Of a DNA stretch of 32,000 bases, positions 1 to 8,536 are shown piece after piece. The stretch covers positions 660,001 through 692,000 of the forward strand of contig NZ_CP025989.1 of NCBI RefSeq assembly GCF_003072485.1, written 5' to 3'. This DNA comes from Candidatus Fokinia solitaria (lineage in GTDB: Bacteria; Pseudomonadota; Alphaproteobacteria; Rickettsiales; Midichloriaceae). Within the stretch, counting starts at the first letter, position 1. The number at the start of each line of letters is the position of its first letter. The notes under the pieces are model-generated. The model did no database searches and was not told the DNA's origin. It worked only from the letters and a program-made list of their open reading frames with translations. The position numbers and the translations under genes were made by a program.

Positions 1-159
1 GAAAATATAGAAGATGAGAGAAGGCTCTTATATGTAGGCATGACGCGAGCACGACATAAGTTATGTATGTCGCACTCGAAATGCAAGTTACGCAGTGGAA
101 AACAAATTCACAACACTCCGTCAAGATTTATAGCAGAAGCCGAGTTAACAACTGAATGA
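1..159 (+). CDS. C-terminal fragment of a UvrD/PcrA-type superfamily I DNA helicase (truncated by window start)
   Basis: Frame 1 reads ENIEDERRLLYVGMTRARHKLCMSHSKCKL...AEAELTTE*, matching helicase motif VI (EERRLLYVGxTRA). Confidence 0.8.
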   Translation, partial: ENIEDERRLLYVGMTRARHKLCMSHSKCKLRSGKQIHNTPSRFIAEAELTTE

Positions 160-286
160 GTTACTGAATCGTCGGTAAATACCGTAACGAAGCCTTATGT
201 CCAAGATACTATAAAATACGAAAAATTCAGCCGAATGTATCTTCAGTAACTCGCAAGACATTTCATTCAATTACTCAGGTAGATAT

Positions 287-1048
287 CTAATAACTACTCT
301 CTGCATTCTCTCCTCCACCATGCACCGTTTTCACCATTTTATATCCGTATCCTCTAATGGTTTTGATATCAATACTACTAGCATGCTTGAGTATAGATGA
401 ACGTAATCTCGTCATATGAACGTTCAATATCTTATCTTTATCATGCTGCATCTCCATAGTAGTACTATTCCAAAGCAGTGCTATAATTTTATCTCTCGAG
501 ACAAGCTTCTCAGAATTCATCAACAGCAATTGACACAACTTAAACTCTATTGGCCCTAAAGTTATCTCGTGCACGGTACCATTTCCTTCCATCGTACACG
601 CATGTCTTCTAAGATCTAATGTCAATTCCATAAACTTCAGCACATCAGAATCCTCTATTGCACTTCTTTTTAATAGATTCTTCACTCTTAATACAAGCTC
701 TTCTATAATAAAAGGCTTCTCAAGATAATCGTCTGCACCCTTTTTCAAGCCTGTAATTTTATGCTGCCCTTTACTATGACTAGAGATCATTATAATTCTT
801 AGATCCTTCAGATCTGGAATACCGCGCAACTCCTCGCATATTTCTATACCGGATTTTTCTGGCAGCACCCAATCTAAGATGATCAAATCCGGCCTTTTTT
901 CTTCAACAATCTTCGTACAATTTTCGCCTGTTGAAACTGATATAACGAGATATCCTTCCGAGATCAAGCTATACTCCATAAGAGATAACATAGCAGAATC
1001 ATCCTCTACTATCATAATCTTCTTTTGAATTGTTTTTTCCTTTTTCAT
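287..1048 (-). CDS. Response regulator, OmpR/PhoB family (receiver plus winged-helix output domain)
   Basis: KIMIVEDDSAML..., phospho-acceptor region LIILDWVLPEKSG, KGADDYLEKPF, then C-terminal TLGPIEFKLCQLLLMN...RDKI...LNVHMTRLRSSI...IKTIRGYGYKMV. Confidence 0.9.
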   Translation of the reverse strand: MKKEKTIQKKIMIVEDDSAMLSLMEYSLISEGYLVISVSTGENCTKIVEEKRPDLIILDWVLPEKSGIEICEELRGIPDLKDLRIIMISSHSKGQHKITGLKKGADDYLEKPFIIEELVLRVKNLLKRSAIEDSDVLKFMELTLDLRRHACTMEGNGTVHEITLGPIEFKLCQLLLMNSEKLVSRDKIIALLWNSTTMEMQHDKDKILNVHMTRLRSSILKHASSIDIKTIRGYGYKMVKTVHGGGENAESSY

Positions 1049-1182
1049 TATGAGTAAAAAATTTTTAACGTGTTTTATCTAAAACAATATGCAATTGCAT
1101 TTCTCTGTGATAAAAGCATAACGAATAGCTTCTACAACTTTTATAATACTTTTTCAATCAATATATTAAGTAAAATCACAAT

Positions 1183-2082
1183 ATGTACCTAATACGGGCA
1201 TTCAAAGTAATATTGATCATCTATAAGAAATCTATTCAAAATCTCCTGGAAAAAAATGCGTACGAATATTCAGGGTATCTCGTTTTTTTGATATTGCTCG
1301 GTCTCTTTCCTTCTCTGATTTTTTTTACTGCGGTCAGTACCTTAGTTGCAACGCAGTATCGAGATCTTTTTCATGTCACATTAGATATTGACGAATTCAT
1401 TACAAATTCATTGCTAAGCAGTAAAGCGCATGCATTCGTAGATAGCGTTAGCAACAGAATTCTTGAAATACTACGCACACCACCGGAAAGCATGCTGACA
1501 TTCGCAATGTTAAGCGCTATATGGAGTGCTTCTGGATTATTTGACGGGATCTTACTATACGTGTACATGATATACGGTACAACGGAAGACTGTCATTATA
1601 TAAGAAGAAGAATTATCAGCATACTGCAATTCATGGCTTTTTCACTACTTCTAATATTCTTTATTTTATGTTTTAAGCTAATTCCACTTGTATTAATACA
1701 GTGTGCGCAATTTATAAAATTGGAAAGCACGTTATATGATATATTGAACTTTGTTATCAAAATTGAACATTACGTCCCTACGGTATATATCGCACTATTT
1801 GGAATGCTATCATACATACATTACACCTTTCCAAGGCAACATGTGAAAATACGACAAATTATGCCAGGAGTAGTGAATACTATACTTTTTTGGGAAATTT
1901 TTTCTGAAATCTTCGGATATTATATACAAAGCGCAGGACAGCTTAACATCATATATGGAAGCATGGTAGGCATCTCCATATCGATCTTATACATATATTT
2001 TGCTTCTATTATTTTTCTATTTGGATTGGAAATAAATGGAGTAATATATAAAATGAGAAATATGCAATCTGATGTTGTGTAA
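1183..2082 (+). CDS. YihY/virulence factor BrkB family integral membrane protein
   Basis: YSGYLVFLILLGLFPSLIFFTA near the N-terminus, several hydrophobic segments, YDILNFVI...VPTVYIALFGMLSYIHYTFPRQHVKIRQIMPGVVNTILFWEIFSEIFGYYI and YGSMVGISISILYIYFASIIFLFGLEINGVIY, typical of BrkB/YihY proteins. Confidence 0.8.
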   Translation: MYLIRAFKVILIIYKKSIQNLLEKNAYEYSGYLVFLILLGLFPSLIFFTAVSTLVATQYRDLFHVTLDIDEFITNSLLSSKAHAFVDSVSNRILEILRTPPESMLTFAMLSAIWSASGLFDGILLYVYMIYGTTEDCHYIRRRIISILQFMAFSLLLIFFILCFKLIPLVLIQCAQFIKLESTLYDILNFVIKIEHYVPTVYIALFGMLSYIHYTFPRQHVKIRQIMPGVVNTILFWEIFSEIFGYYIQSAGQLNIIYGSMVGISISILYIYFASIIFLFGLEINGVIYKMRNMQSDVV

Positions 2083-2285
2083 AGACAGATCTCACACATA
2101 ATTTGTCAAAAGTACGAATAAGAGCTGCGCATTCGCGTATATGCTTTCCTTTATTTAAAATACTGCATCATCAAGAAAATACGTATTAAATATATCGAGA
2201 AAATTAATATCTCGCATATATTTATAGATAATAATATATATAATTTATATAATAATATTGATATATAAATTGTAATGTCATCATT

Positions 2286-5147
2286 ATGCAGAACTCAGAT
2301 CACACAAGTACTTTCAAGAAAAAGATAGAGAAACAGCAGAAAAAAACGCAGCTTTTGGAACAACAAATTCAACAACTAGAAGACGAAATACAAAAGAAAG
2401 ATGAAATGATAAAAAAGACGAGTGATTCAATAATGAAAAAAATGAAGGATTTTATCTTAAGAAGACCTAAGAATTTAGACTTAGAAGCAAAGAGAAAAAA
2501 AATAAAGACAGAAAAAGCATTACTTCAAAAAGATGTTAAGATAGCGCAAGCAGAAGAGAAAAAATATCGCTATAACAAAGTAAAAAAGCTTAAGAAGCAA
2601 CAAAAAATAGCAGATGAAATAAAATCCGAAAATTTTACATTAGAAGATTTAAAAAATTCTAAGACCTTGGAAAAAATACAAACAGAAATGAATGACATAA
2701 CGAAGAAAGTGCAAGATGCAGGAGGGCAGTCGAAGATCTCAAAAGATTACAAGAACAAAGCAAAGGAAATACAGAACTTAGACAGTAAGCGTGCTGAGCT
2801 GGAAAAATTAGATACTGAGCTGAAAAAACTACTCGGACCAGTAAAGAGACAAGCTCCACTCGGTGCATCGCAATTCTCACAACTCGATATGAATAATGCA
2901 CAAAACTCGCAACTTAATGCGGGTAAAGCGCAAGAAGAACAATTTGATAATCAATCTAAAATAAGTAGCTTGCAAATTTCACAATTCGATATGAGTAAAG
3001 CGCAATCATTCCAACTTAGTGCAGATAATTTGCAAAAGTCACAAAGATCAGCGGTACAAAAACAAAACAGCGCTCCAAGTGCTATAGCACAGGGACAAGA
3101 AATGGAGATACAAAATCTTTCGCAAGAAGCTATTCAAAAAGAGGCTATTCAGCAAAAATTCGATACTCTTGATAAGGAAATTCAAGAACTAGCAAAGATA
3201 AAGGAACTTTATGAATTATCTCAGAGAGAAAAACAATTAAAAACAGTTCAAACGGCTATTGAAAAGTATATTAAACTTGAAGAGGAAAAAGCCACTTTAA
3301 AAGCACGATATAAACAATCGAAACCACAGCAGCAAGAGCAGCAAATACAAGAAGAATCACAAATACAGCAAGAGCAACAATCACGTAGAACATCAGAATT
3401 ATCACAGAAGTCACGAGTATCACAAAATAGAAAATCGACGTTGGTAGAAATATCAGATGAAGAAGCCGAACAGCTGCTGAAAAAGCGAAACCCGAAATCA
3501 CAGCAAAAAAAGCAATTACAGCGGGCAAAATCGGAAATTCAGCCACAATCGAAAATCCAGCAGCTACAGAAAGAAGACCAATCGCAAGTGCTACCACAGC
3601 GGTCACTATCACAATCGGCAACGCAACAGCAAAAAGAGCAATTACAGCAGGAGCAGCAACAGCAAGAAAAGCAATTACAGCAGTCGCTATCACAGCCACT
3701 ATCAGAAATACAGCAAGAAAAGCAATTACGGGAGTCAAAATCAGAAATACAGCAAGAAAAGCAAGAAGAGCAATTACAGCAGGAGCAGCCACAACTTAAA
3801 AGAGGCACAACGATGGATGATTACGCAAGAAAAGTCATTGAAACGATAGGCCCTTCACGTTATTCACCGTCTTTTGAGAAATTCTGTACTAGAGAAAATA
3901 TGGATTACATAATCAAAGTTTTAAAGAAAGACGGGAAATTCAACTCTCTATCAGATGCAGAAAAAAATGAATCGATAATAAACGTAGGTGTTACACTCGC
4001 AGCACAAGCAGCTATAAACTCGAATGGATTAAAAGGAAATGCAGCAGATCTCTCTCGAGACGATCAAATTGCACTATTAGAGTACATGAGAGGTAAAGGG
4101 ATATGTACCCAAATATTAAGTTCTCCGGAACAATTAGAAAGAGCAGTAAAATACGATCCGTATGAGGTTTTAGACAAAAAAGATAGAGATAGGCCAAATT
4201 TTCTTAGCAAAGCTATATTAAAAACAGACGCCAAGGAAAGAATTAATGAAGACACATCCGGAAAAAAATTCGCTGCATATATTGCGGGATACATTGCACT
4301 CGGACCTTTAGGATTATTAATTGCAATAATTTTTGCAAAATATTATTTATCTAAAGCAAAACGCCGTGAAGGAAAGGATATACGCGCGCTTCTCGATGCA
4401 AAACAGAATTATCGTCCAGCACCGGAAGGAAATTCAACGCAAAAAAATAGTCAAGCACTACAGCAAGATGTAAACAATATAAAATCGGAAAACACAGTAC
4501 TAGGGCAAAAAACAAAAGACCAGGTACAGAATGAATTGCACGAATTACTACAAAATAAACAATTTACGTCCTCTGAATTACTGAAACAAGCTATGCAAGC
4601 AATCAAAATAGCGGAAAAAATTCAAAAATATGATACAGAAAACCCCAACTCTTTTGAGGCACGCAAATTGGCAAAACCGTTAGAAGAGCTTATCGCAGAA
4701 CTTGTACAGAAAGGGCGAGAAAGATTAAAACGCGGTACAGATGATGACGGAGCGCTACGGTTGACAGAAAGTGAAATAGCACAGGATAAAATTTCACAAA
4801 AGAAGCTCGATGAAATAGAAGCGCAAGTCAATAATCTAGTGCAGAAGAAGGAAATTCCATCACAAATTCGCAATGAAGAGAGTGACTTTCTTAATAAAAG
4901 CTCGAATAGTATCATTGTAAATCAAAGCAGATTGTCAGAACGCTTTTCTCTTGACCTGAATGAAATCTCAGCTATTCAAAAAGGGGAAGGCGAAATACTT
5001 GCAAAAGATACCAACTCGCGAAACAATAGCATAATAAAGATACTTGAAGGAATGAATCTGCCTAATGCAGTAAACCGCTCGCAATCAGTTGACATAAGCA
5101 AAACATCATCACACGGCAGCAATGATAAATTCAGACATCACTCCTAG
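2286..5147 (+). CDS. Large hypothetical Gln/Glu/Lys-rich coiled-coil protein with one hydrophobic hairpin
   Basis: 953-aa ORF. Charged coiled-coil N-terminus, QQEQQ/SEIQQEKQ low-complexity centre, hydrophobic segment FAAYIAGYIALGPLGLLIAIIFAKYYL and a charged C-terminal part. No known family recognised. Confidence 0.75.
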   Translation: MQNSDHTSTFKKKIEKQQKKTQLLEQQIQQLEDEIQKKDEMIKKTSDSIMKKMKDFILRRPKNLDLEAKRKKIKTEKALLQKDVKIAQAEEKKYRYNKVKKLKKQQKIADEIKSENFTLEDLKNSKTLEKIQTEMNDITKKVQDAGGQSKISKDYKNKAKEIQNLDSKRAELEKLDTELKKLLGPVKRQAPLGASQFSQLDMNNAQNSQLNAGKAQEEQFDNQSKISSLQISQFDMSKAQSFQLSADNLQKSQRSAVQKQNSAPSAIAQGQEMEIQNLSQEAIQKEAIQQKFDTLDKEIQELAKIKELYELSQREKQLKTVQTAIEKYIKLEEEKATLKARYKQSKPQQQEQQIQEESQIQQEQQSRRTSELSQKSRVSQNRKSTLVEISDEEAEQLLKKRNPKSQQKKQLQRAKSEIQPQSKIQQLQKEDQSQVLPQRSLSQSATQQQKEQLQQEQQQQEKQLQQSLSQPLSEIQQEKQLRESKSEIQQEKQEEQLQQEQPQLKRGTTMDDYARKVIETIGPSRYSPSFEKFCTRENMDYIIKVLKKDGKFNSLSDAEKNESIINVGVTLAAQAAINSNGLKGNAADLSRDDQIALLEYMRGKGICTQILSSPEQLERAVKYDPYEVLDKKDRDRPNFLSKAILKTDAKERINEDTSGKKFAAYIAGYIALGPLGLLIAIIFAKYYLSKAKRREGKDIRALLDAKQNYRPAPEGNSTQKNSQALQQDVNNIKSENTVLGQKTKDQVQNELHELLQNKQFTSSELLKQAMQAIKIAEKIQKYDTENPNSFEARKLAKPLEELIAELVQKGRERLKRGTDDDGALRLTESEIAQDKISQKKLDEIEAQVNNLVQKKEIPSQIRNEESDFLNKSSNSIIVNQSRLSERFSLDLNEISAIQKGEGEILAKDTNSRNNSIIKILEGMNLPNAVNRSQSVDISKTSSHGSNDKFRHHS
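3300..3810 (+). repeat. Low-complexity Gln/Glu/Ser-rich coding repeats (CAG/CAA/GAA-rich)
   Basis: Recurring agcagcaagaaaagcaattacagcag-like strings encoding QQEKQLQQ, SEIQQEKQ and QLQQEQ. Confidence 0.8.
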
Positions 5148-5216
5148 AAATAAGCGAGCCGACACCATAGGAGTGGTAGATCAATCTTCCTATGCGCAAT
5201 CTCATGCAGAACAAAC

Positions 5217-6338
5217 TTACTGCTGCAATAATTTTTGCAGAGTTACTTTATCATTCTCTTGAATTGCGTCTATAAACTCATTTTCCGTTATCGTTCTGAT
5301 AGCTTTTTCTTGAAATAGAAGTAAGATAATCAGTTCTGATATCTTAGATGAGGGAGTGCTACGTAGCGCTTTGATCAGATCGCTTTTTTGCTTATTCGAT
5401 AGAAATATATGCAATTCAAGCATTGCGTTCATCACTTCTGCATCTGAGGAAAATTGTAAGCATATTTGATGTAAAGTGGAAAGTTTCACATAATATGATT
5501 GCAACCAACGCAACGCTGCAATATCAAGAGTTGTTTCAAGATTGACGCGATAATAGAAATGACGTTCACGAAAAAGAAGATAATGTGCTATATCCAACAA
5601 TGCGATATCATTTTCAAAAGGAAAAAATACTTTTATTTCTTCTTCTGAAACGCTTATTCTGCACACATTAATATGCTTTTTATCCGACAAATCAAACACA
5701 TCACATTCGTGTTGTGCGCTAATACACATTTTTTCAATAGCATTCACTATCTCCATTCTACTCGTGCAAAGAATAATATGAGTACTCAGTAGTGAATCAG
5801 GACAGCCAAGTAGGATTGTAAGCTGTAGCCTATTCTTGGATAGCAAATACAGCCAAAAACTCTGCTTTTCCTGCTCTGAAGGAGAATAAGAATGAAATAA
5901 GGCAATATGTCGCGCAACCGATGGTGATTCAAAAAAGCGTCTTGTTTTCATATTTTTCTTCAAACCGCTTCCTATAACAGCAATAAACGTATTACGCGAT
6001 GGAGTGGAGATATGCTTACTCAGACGCTGAGACAACTCAGCAGAGATATCATTTGAAACAGAATCTATCACTATTAATTTATTCTCTTTTTTCTGACCAA
6101 ATAAGCTATAAGATCTCGTAACTTCATTTAGCAATTCTGGCTCCGCGTTCAATTGCTTGAAATTGATCTCATGTATCGAGAGAGTACCTCCATTTGCTGC
6201 AGCTTGAGACTTCAATTTACTTTTAAGTACCGACAATATAAAACACACTCCTCCATACTCTTCTCCAAAAGCAAACCATAAATTTTTTAGATTTTCTGCA
6301 TTAATCTCGCGTTCTAAACTATGATGTAGGTATTTCAT
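5217..6338 (-). CDS. holA: DNA polymerase III delta subunit-like protein
   Basis: 373 aa with LWFAFGEEYGGVCFILSVLK near the N-terminus, NELLNEVTRSYSLFGQKKENKLIVIDSV-type segment and NTFIAVIGSGLKKNMKTRRFFE, consistent with a divergent HolA. Family match made by eye only. Confidence 0.6.
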   Translation of the reverse strand: MKYLHHSLEREINAENLKNLWFAFGEEYGGVCFILSVLKSKLKSQAAANGGTLSIHEINFKQLNAEPELLNEVTRSYSLFGQKKENKLIVIDSVSNDISAELSQRLSKHISTPSRNTFIAVIGSGLKKNMKTRRFFESPSVARHIALFHSYSPSEQEKQSFWLYLLSKNRLQLTILLGCPDSLLSTHIILCTSRMEIVNAIEKMCISAQHECDVFDLSDKKHINVCRISVSEEEIKVFFPFENDIALLDIAHYLLFRERHFYYRVNLETTLDIAALRWLQSYYVKLSTLHQICLQFSSDAEVMNAMLELHIFLSNKQKSDLIKALRSTPSSKISELIILLLFQEKAIRTITENEFIDAIQENDKVTLQKLLQQ

Positions 6339-6339
6339 A

Positions 6340-7719
6340 TTATCTCTTAAACATATTCTGCATAATCTTCATTTGATCTCCTAATCTCATATTTTTCATT
6401 TGTTTTAACACTCCTGCGATCATATTATACTCTTTTAACAAAGCATTGACGTCTTGCACTTTAGTACCTGAGCCATTTGCAATTCGAAGCTTTCTTTTTC
6501 CATCTAAGATATCCGGCTTTTCTTTTTCTTTTGCCGTCATAGACGATACAATCGCAATCTGATTTCTCACTTTTCGCGCTAACTCTTGTTGCTGCTTTTG
6601 ATCTATCTTTGGCAAACCAGGAAGAAGCCCGATCATAACGCTAAGTCCTCCCATTTTGCCAATTTTCTTCATATACTGCACATAATCCGTAAGTGTAAAT
6701 TTTCCACTTTGCACTTTCTTCATAAGCTGTTCTTCACTCATCTCATCTACAACATCAGAAGCTTTCTCTATCAGCAAAGCGATATCCCCTAAGCCCATAA
6801 TCCTTGAAGCAATTCTAAGCGGATGAAATATCTCTATTGCGTCTAACTTCTCCCCCGAAGTGATAAATTTGATTGGCGCGCCTACCGCACGCTTCATACT
6901 TAGCATGCTTCCTCCCTTGGCATCTCCATCAAGTCTCGTAAGTATAATGCCAGTAATTGGCACCGCTTCCGCAAATGCTTTACCGATGATAGGCGCTTGT
7001 TGCCCTAGCATAGCATCACATACAAAGATTGTTTCAGAAGGCTTTATCGTATTGTGAATCTCTGCAATCTCTGCCATTAACGCAGCATTAACATCTGTTC
7101 TTCCAGCAGTATCCAAAATTATTACATTCGATTCTCTTGTATGCGCAAGTTTCACACACATACTCGCCTTTTCAACAATATTGGAGAAACCTTCACAATC
7201 CAAAAATTCTACAGCACTACCTTCAACTAAAGTCTTCAGCTGTTCTTTTGCCGCGGCTCTAGTTTCATCAAGCGATGCAACTACAACTTTCTTACTCAAC
7301 TTTTGCGCCAATAAAGTAGCAAGTTTCGCTACAGTAGTAGTTTTTCCTACACCTTGTAATCCAAGAAATAGTATAACATTAAGGCCATCCTTGATATTCA
7401 GCGTTTTCTTAAGAAGTGTAAGATTATTTTCAGAATGCACTTCTTCTTGAATGCTATCAGATAAAAAATCCACTATTTGATTCTGCATGGCATCGCATAT
7501 TGCTTTACCATAGTTTATGACACCCTTCTCATTAATTACTTCAATCTTCACTCGTAACTCGTGCACGAAGATATCCGCTAGCTCAAGACTGAGATCAGAA
7601 TCTAAAAGTGCAACTCTTATTTGCTTAAGTAAAACATCAATTTCATCATTGTTAAGATGAGATTTAGTACTTAATTTCTTTGCTAGAGTAGAAAATTTTT
7701 CTTTTAAAAATGTCAGCAT
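6340..7719 (-). CDS. ffh: Signal recognition particle protein Ffh (SRP54)
   Basis: GLQGVGKTTTVAKLA, DETRAAAKEQLKTL, ILDTAGRTDVN, ILTRLDGDAKGGSMLS, GSGTKVQDVNALLKEYN. Confidence 0.97.
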   Translation of the reverse strand: MLTFLKEKFSTLAKKLSTKSHLNNDEIDVLLKQIRVALLDSDLSLELADIFVHELRVKIEVINEKGVINYGKAICDAMQNQIVDFLSDSIQEEVHSENNLTLLKKTLNIKDGLNVILFLGLQGVGKTTTVAKLATLLAQKLSKKVVVASLDETRAAAKEQLKTLVEGSAVEFLDCEGFSNIVEKASMCVKLAHTRESNVIILDTAGRTDVNAALMAEIAEIHNTIKPSETIFVCDAMLGQQAPIIGKAFAEAVPITGIILTRLDGDAKGGSMLSMKRAVGAPIKFITSGEKLDAIEIFHPLRIASRIMGLGDIALLIEKASDVVDEMSEEQLMKKVQSGKFTLTDYVQYMKKIGKMGGLSVMIGLLPGLPKIDQKQQQELARKVRNQIAIVSSMTAKEKEKPDILDGKRKLRIANGSGTKVQDVNALLKEYNMIAGVLKQMKNMRLGDQMKIMQNMFKR

Positions 7720-7998
7720 AATGATGAAGTCTTGGCATACTCAGTACGCTCACATTACTACATATTTTATTCATAAATCAATATAGCATCAATTTGAAAT
7801 CTCGTATGTATTCGCATGACAGCTATAATCGCACTCGCAATTTCTTCTTATCTGCAATTTCTTCTCGTTTAATCTTCAAGGAAATATATTTCATGTAATA
7901 TTCATATTGACTCTCGTAGAGAAAAATTCCACTCACTTGAGTATTGTAACGATCATGAGTCTGTAATATAATTCTCATGTTCGTTATTCAGTTTTGAA

Positions 7999-8220
7999 AT
8001 GGCCATGTCAAAGAAAATCACTGCTTCCAAGAACAATATCGCAATGCGCGGTAAAAAAGCTGCTCTTAGGAAAATCGGGGACAAGACTGTGAGTCCTGTA
8101 CTATATCATGGTATAAAGCTGGGACATGGTACTTATATGGCTGCGCAATTTGAAGACGGTCAGTTAGCACTTGACACTTCTGGTAGACCGATTCCATATA
8201 ATGCTGCTGCACAGCAGTAA
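7999..8220 (+). CDS. Small hypothetical protein, 73 aa
   Basis: Short basic ORF (MAMSKKITASKNNIAMRGKKAALRKIGDKT...GHGTYMAAQFEDGQLALDTSGRPIPYNAAAQQ) filling an intergenic gap, followed by a hairpin. Confidence 0.55.
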   Translation: MAMSKKITASKNNIAMRGKKAALRKIGDKTVSPVLYHGIKLGHGTYMAAQFEDGQLALDTSGRPIPYNAAAQQ

Positions 8221-8228
8221 TGACAGTA

Positions 8229-8253
8229 AGTGAGGTAGCAACGCTACTTCACT
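8229..8253 (+). terminator. Possible hairpin or terminator after the 73-aa ORF
   Basis: agtgaggtag-caacg-ctacttcact forms a 10-bp stem (one G-U) with a 5-nt loop, 8 nt after the stop codon. No strong T-run, so termination is uncertain. Confidence 0.35.
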
Positions 8254-8536
8254 GTCCAAGAAGAGATATCTGGAGGTATTTACAAGTTGTATTTATCACT
8301 TCTACGCTATTTGTCTTAGTTCTCTAAGTAGGATTATCGCAGATCAGAGTATTGTTTATACAGTTGCAAAGTTCGAAGAGAAAACAAAGTACGATGAAAT
8401 TTCCGTTATACATTTTCTAGATAGAGAATGGACACAGCGGATAATCGCTTTCTCCGCATGAGTTCCTTCGCGATTTGTATTCCGCTTTCGGCTAGTTTGA
8501 CGATGAAAAATCGTTCAGTTGCGCGATATATCAGTT

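Noticed and set aside
2083-2285. AT-rich tata-repeat intergenic stretch, considered as a possible origin or regulatory array
   Set aside because: Only simple AT-rich sequence; no DnaA-box-like clusters or ordered repeats seen.
3271-3792. 173-aa minus-strand ORF (MAAPAVIALLAFLAVFLIL...), apparently a hydrophobic protein
   Set aside because: Antisense of the Gln/Glu-rich repeat tract. Its Ala/Val/Phe/Leu composition is the complement of CAG/GAA-type repeats, and it lies fully inside the 953-aa ORF.
3539-3808. 89-aa Cys/Ser-rich minus-strand ORF
   Set aside because: Another antisense frame of the same low-complexity repeat.
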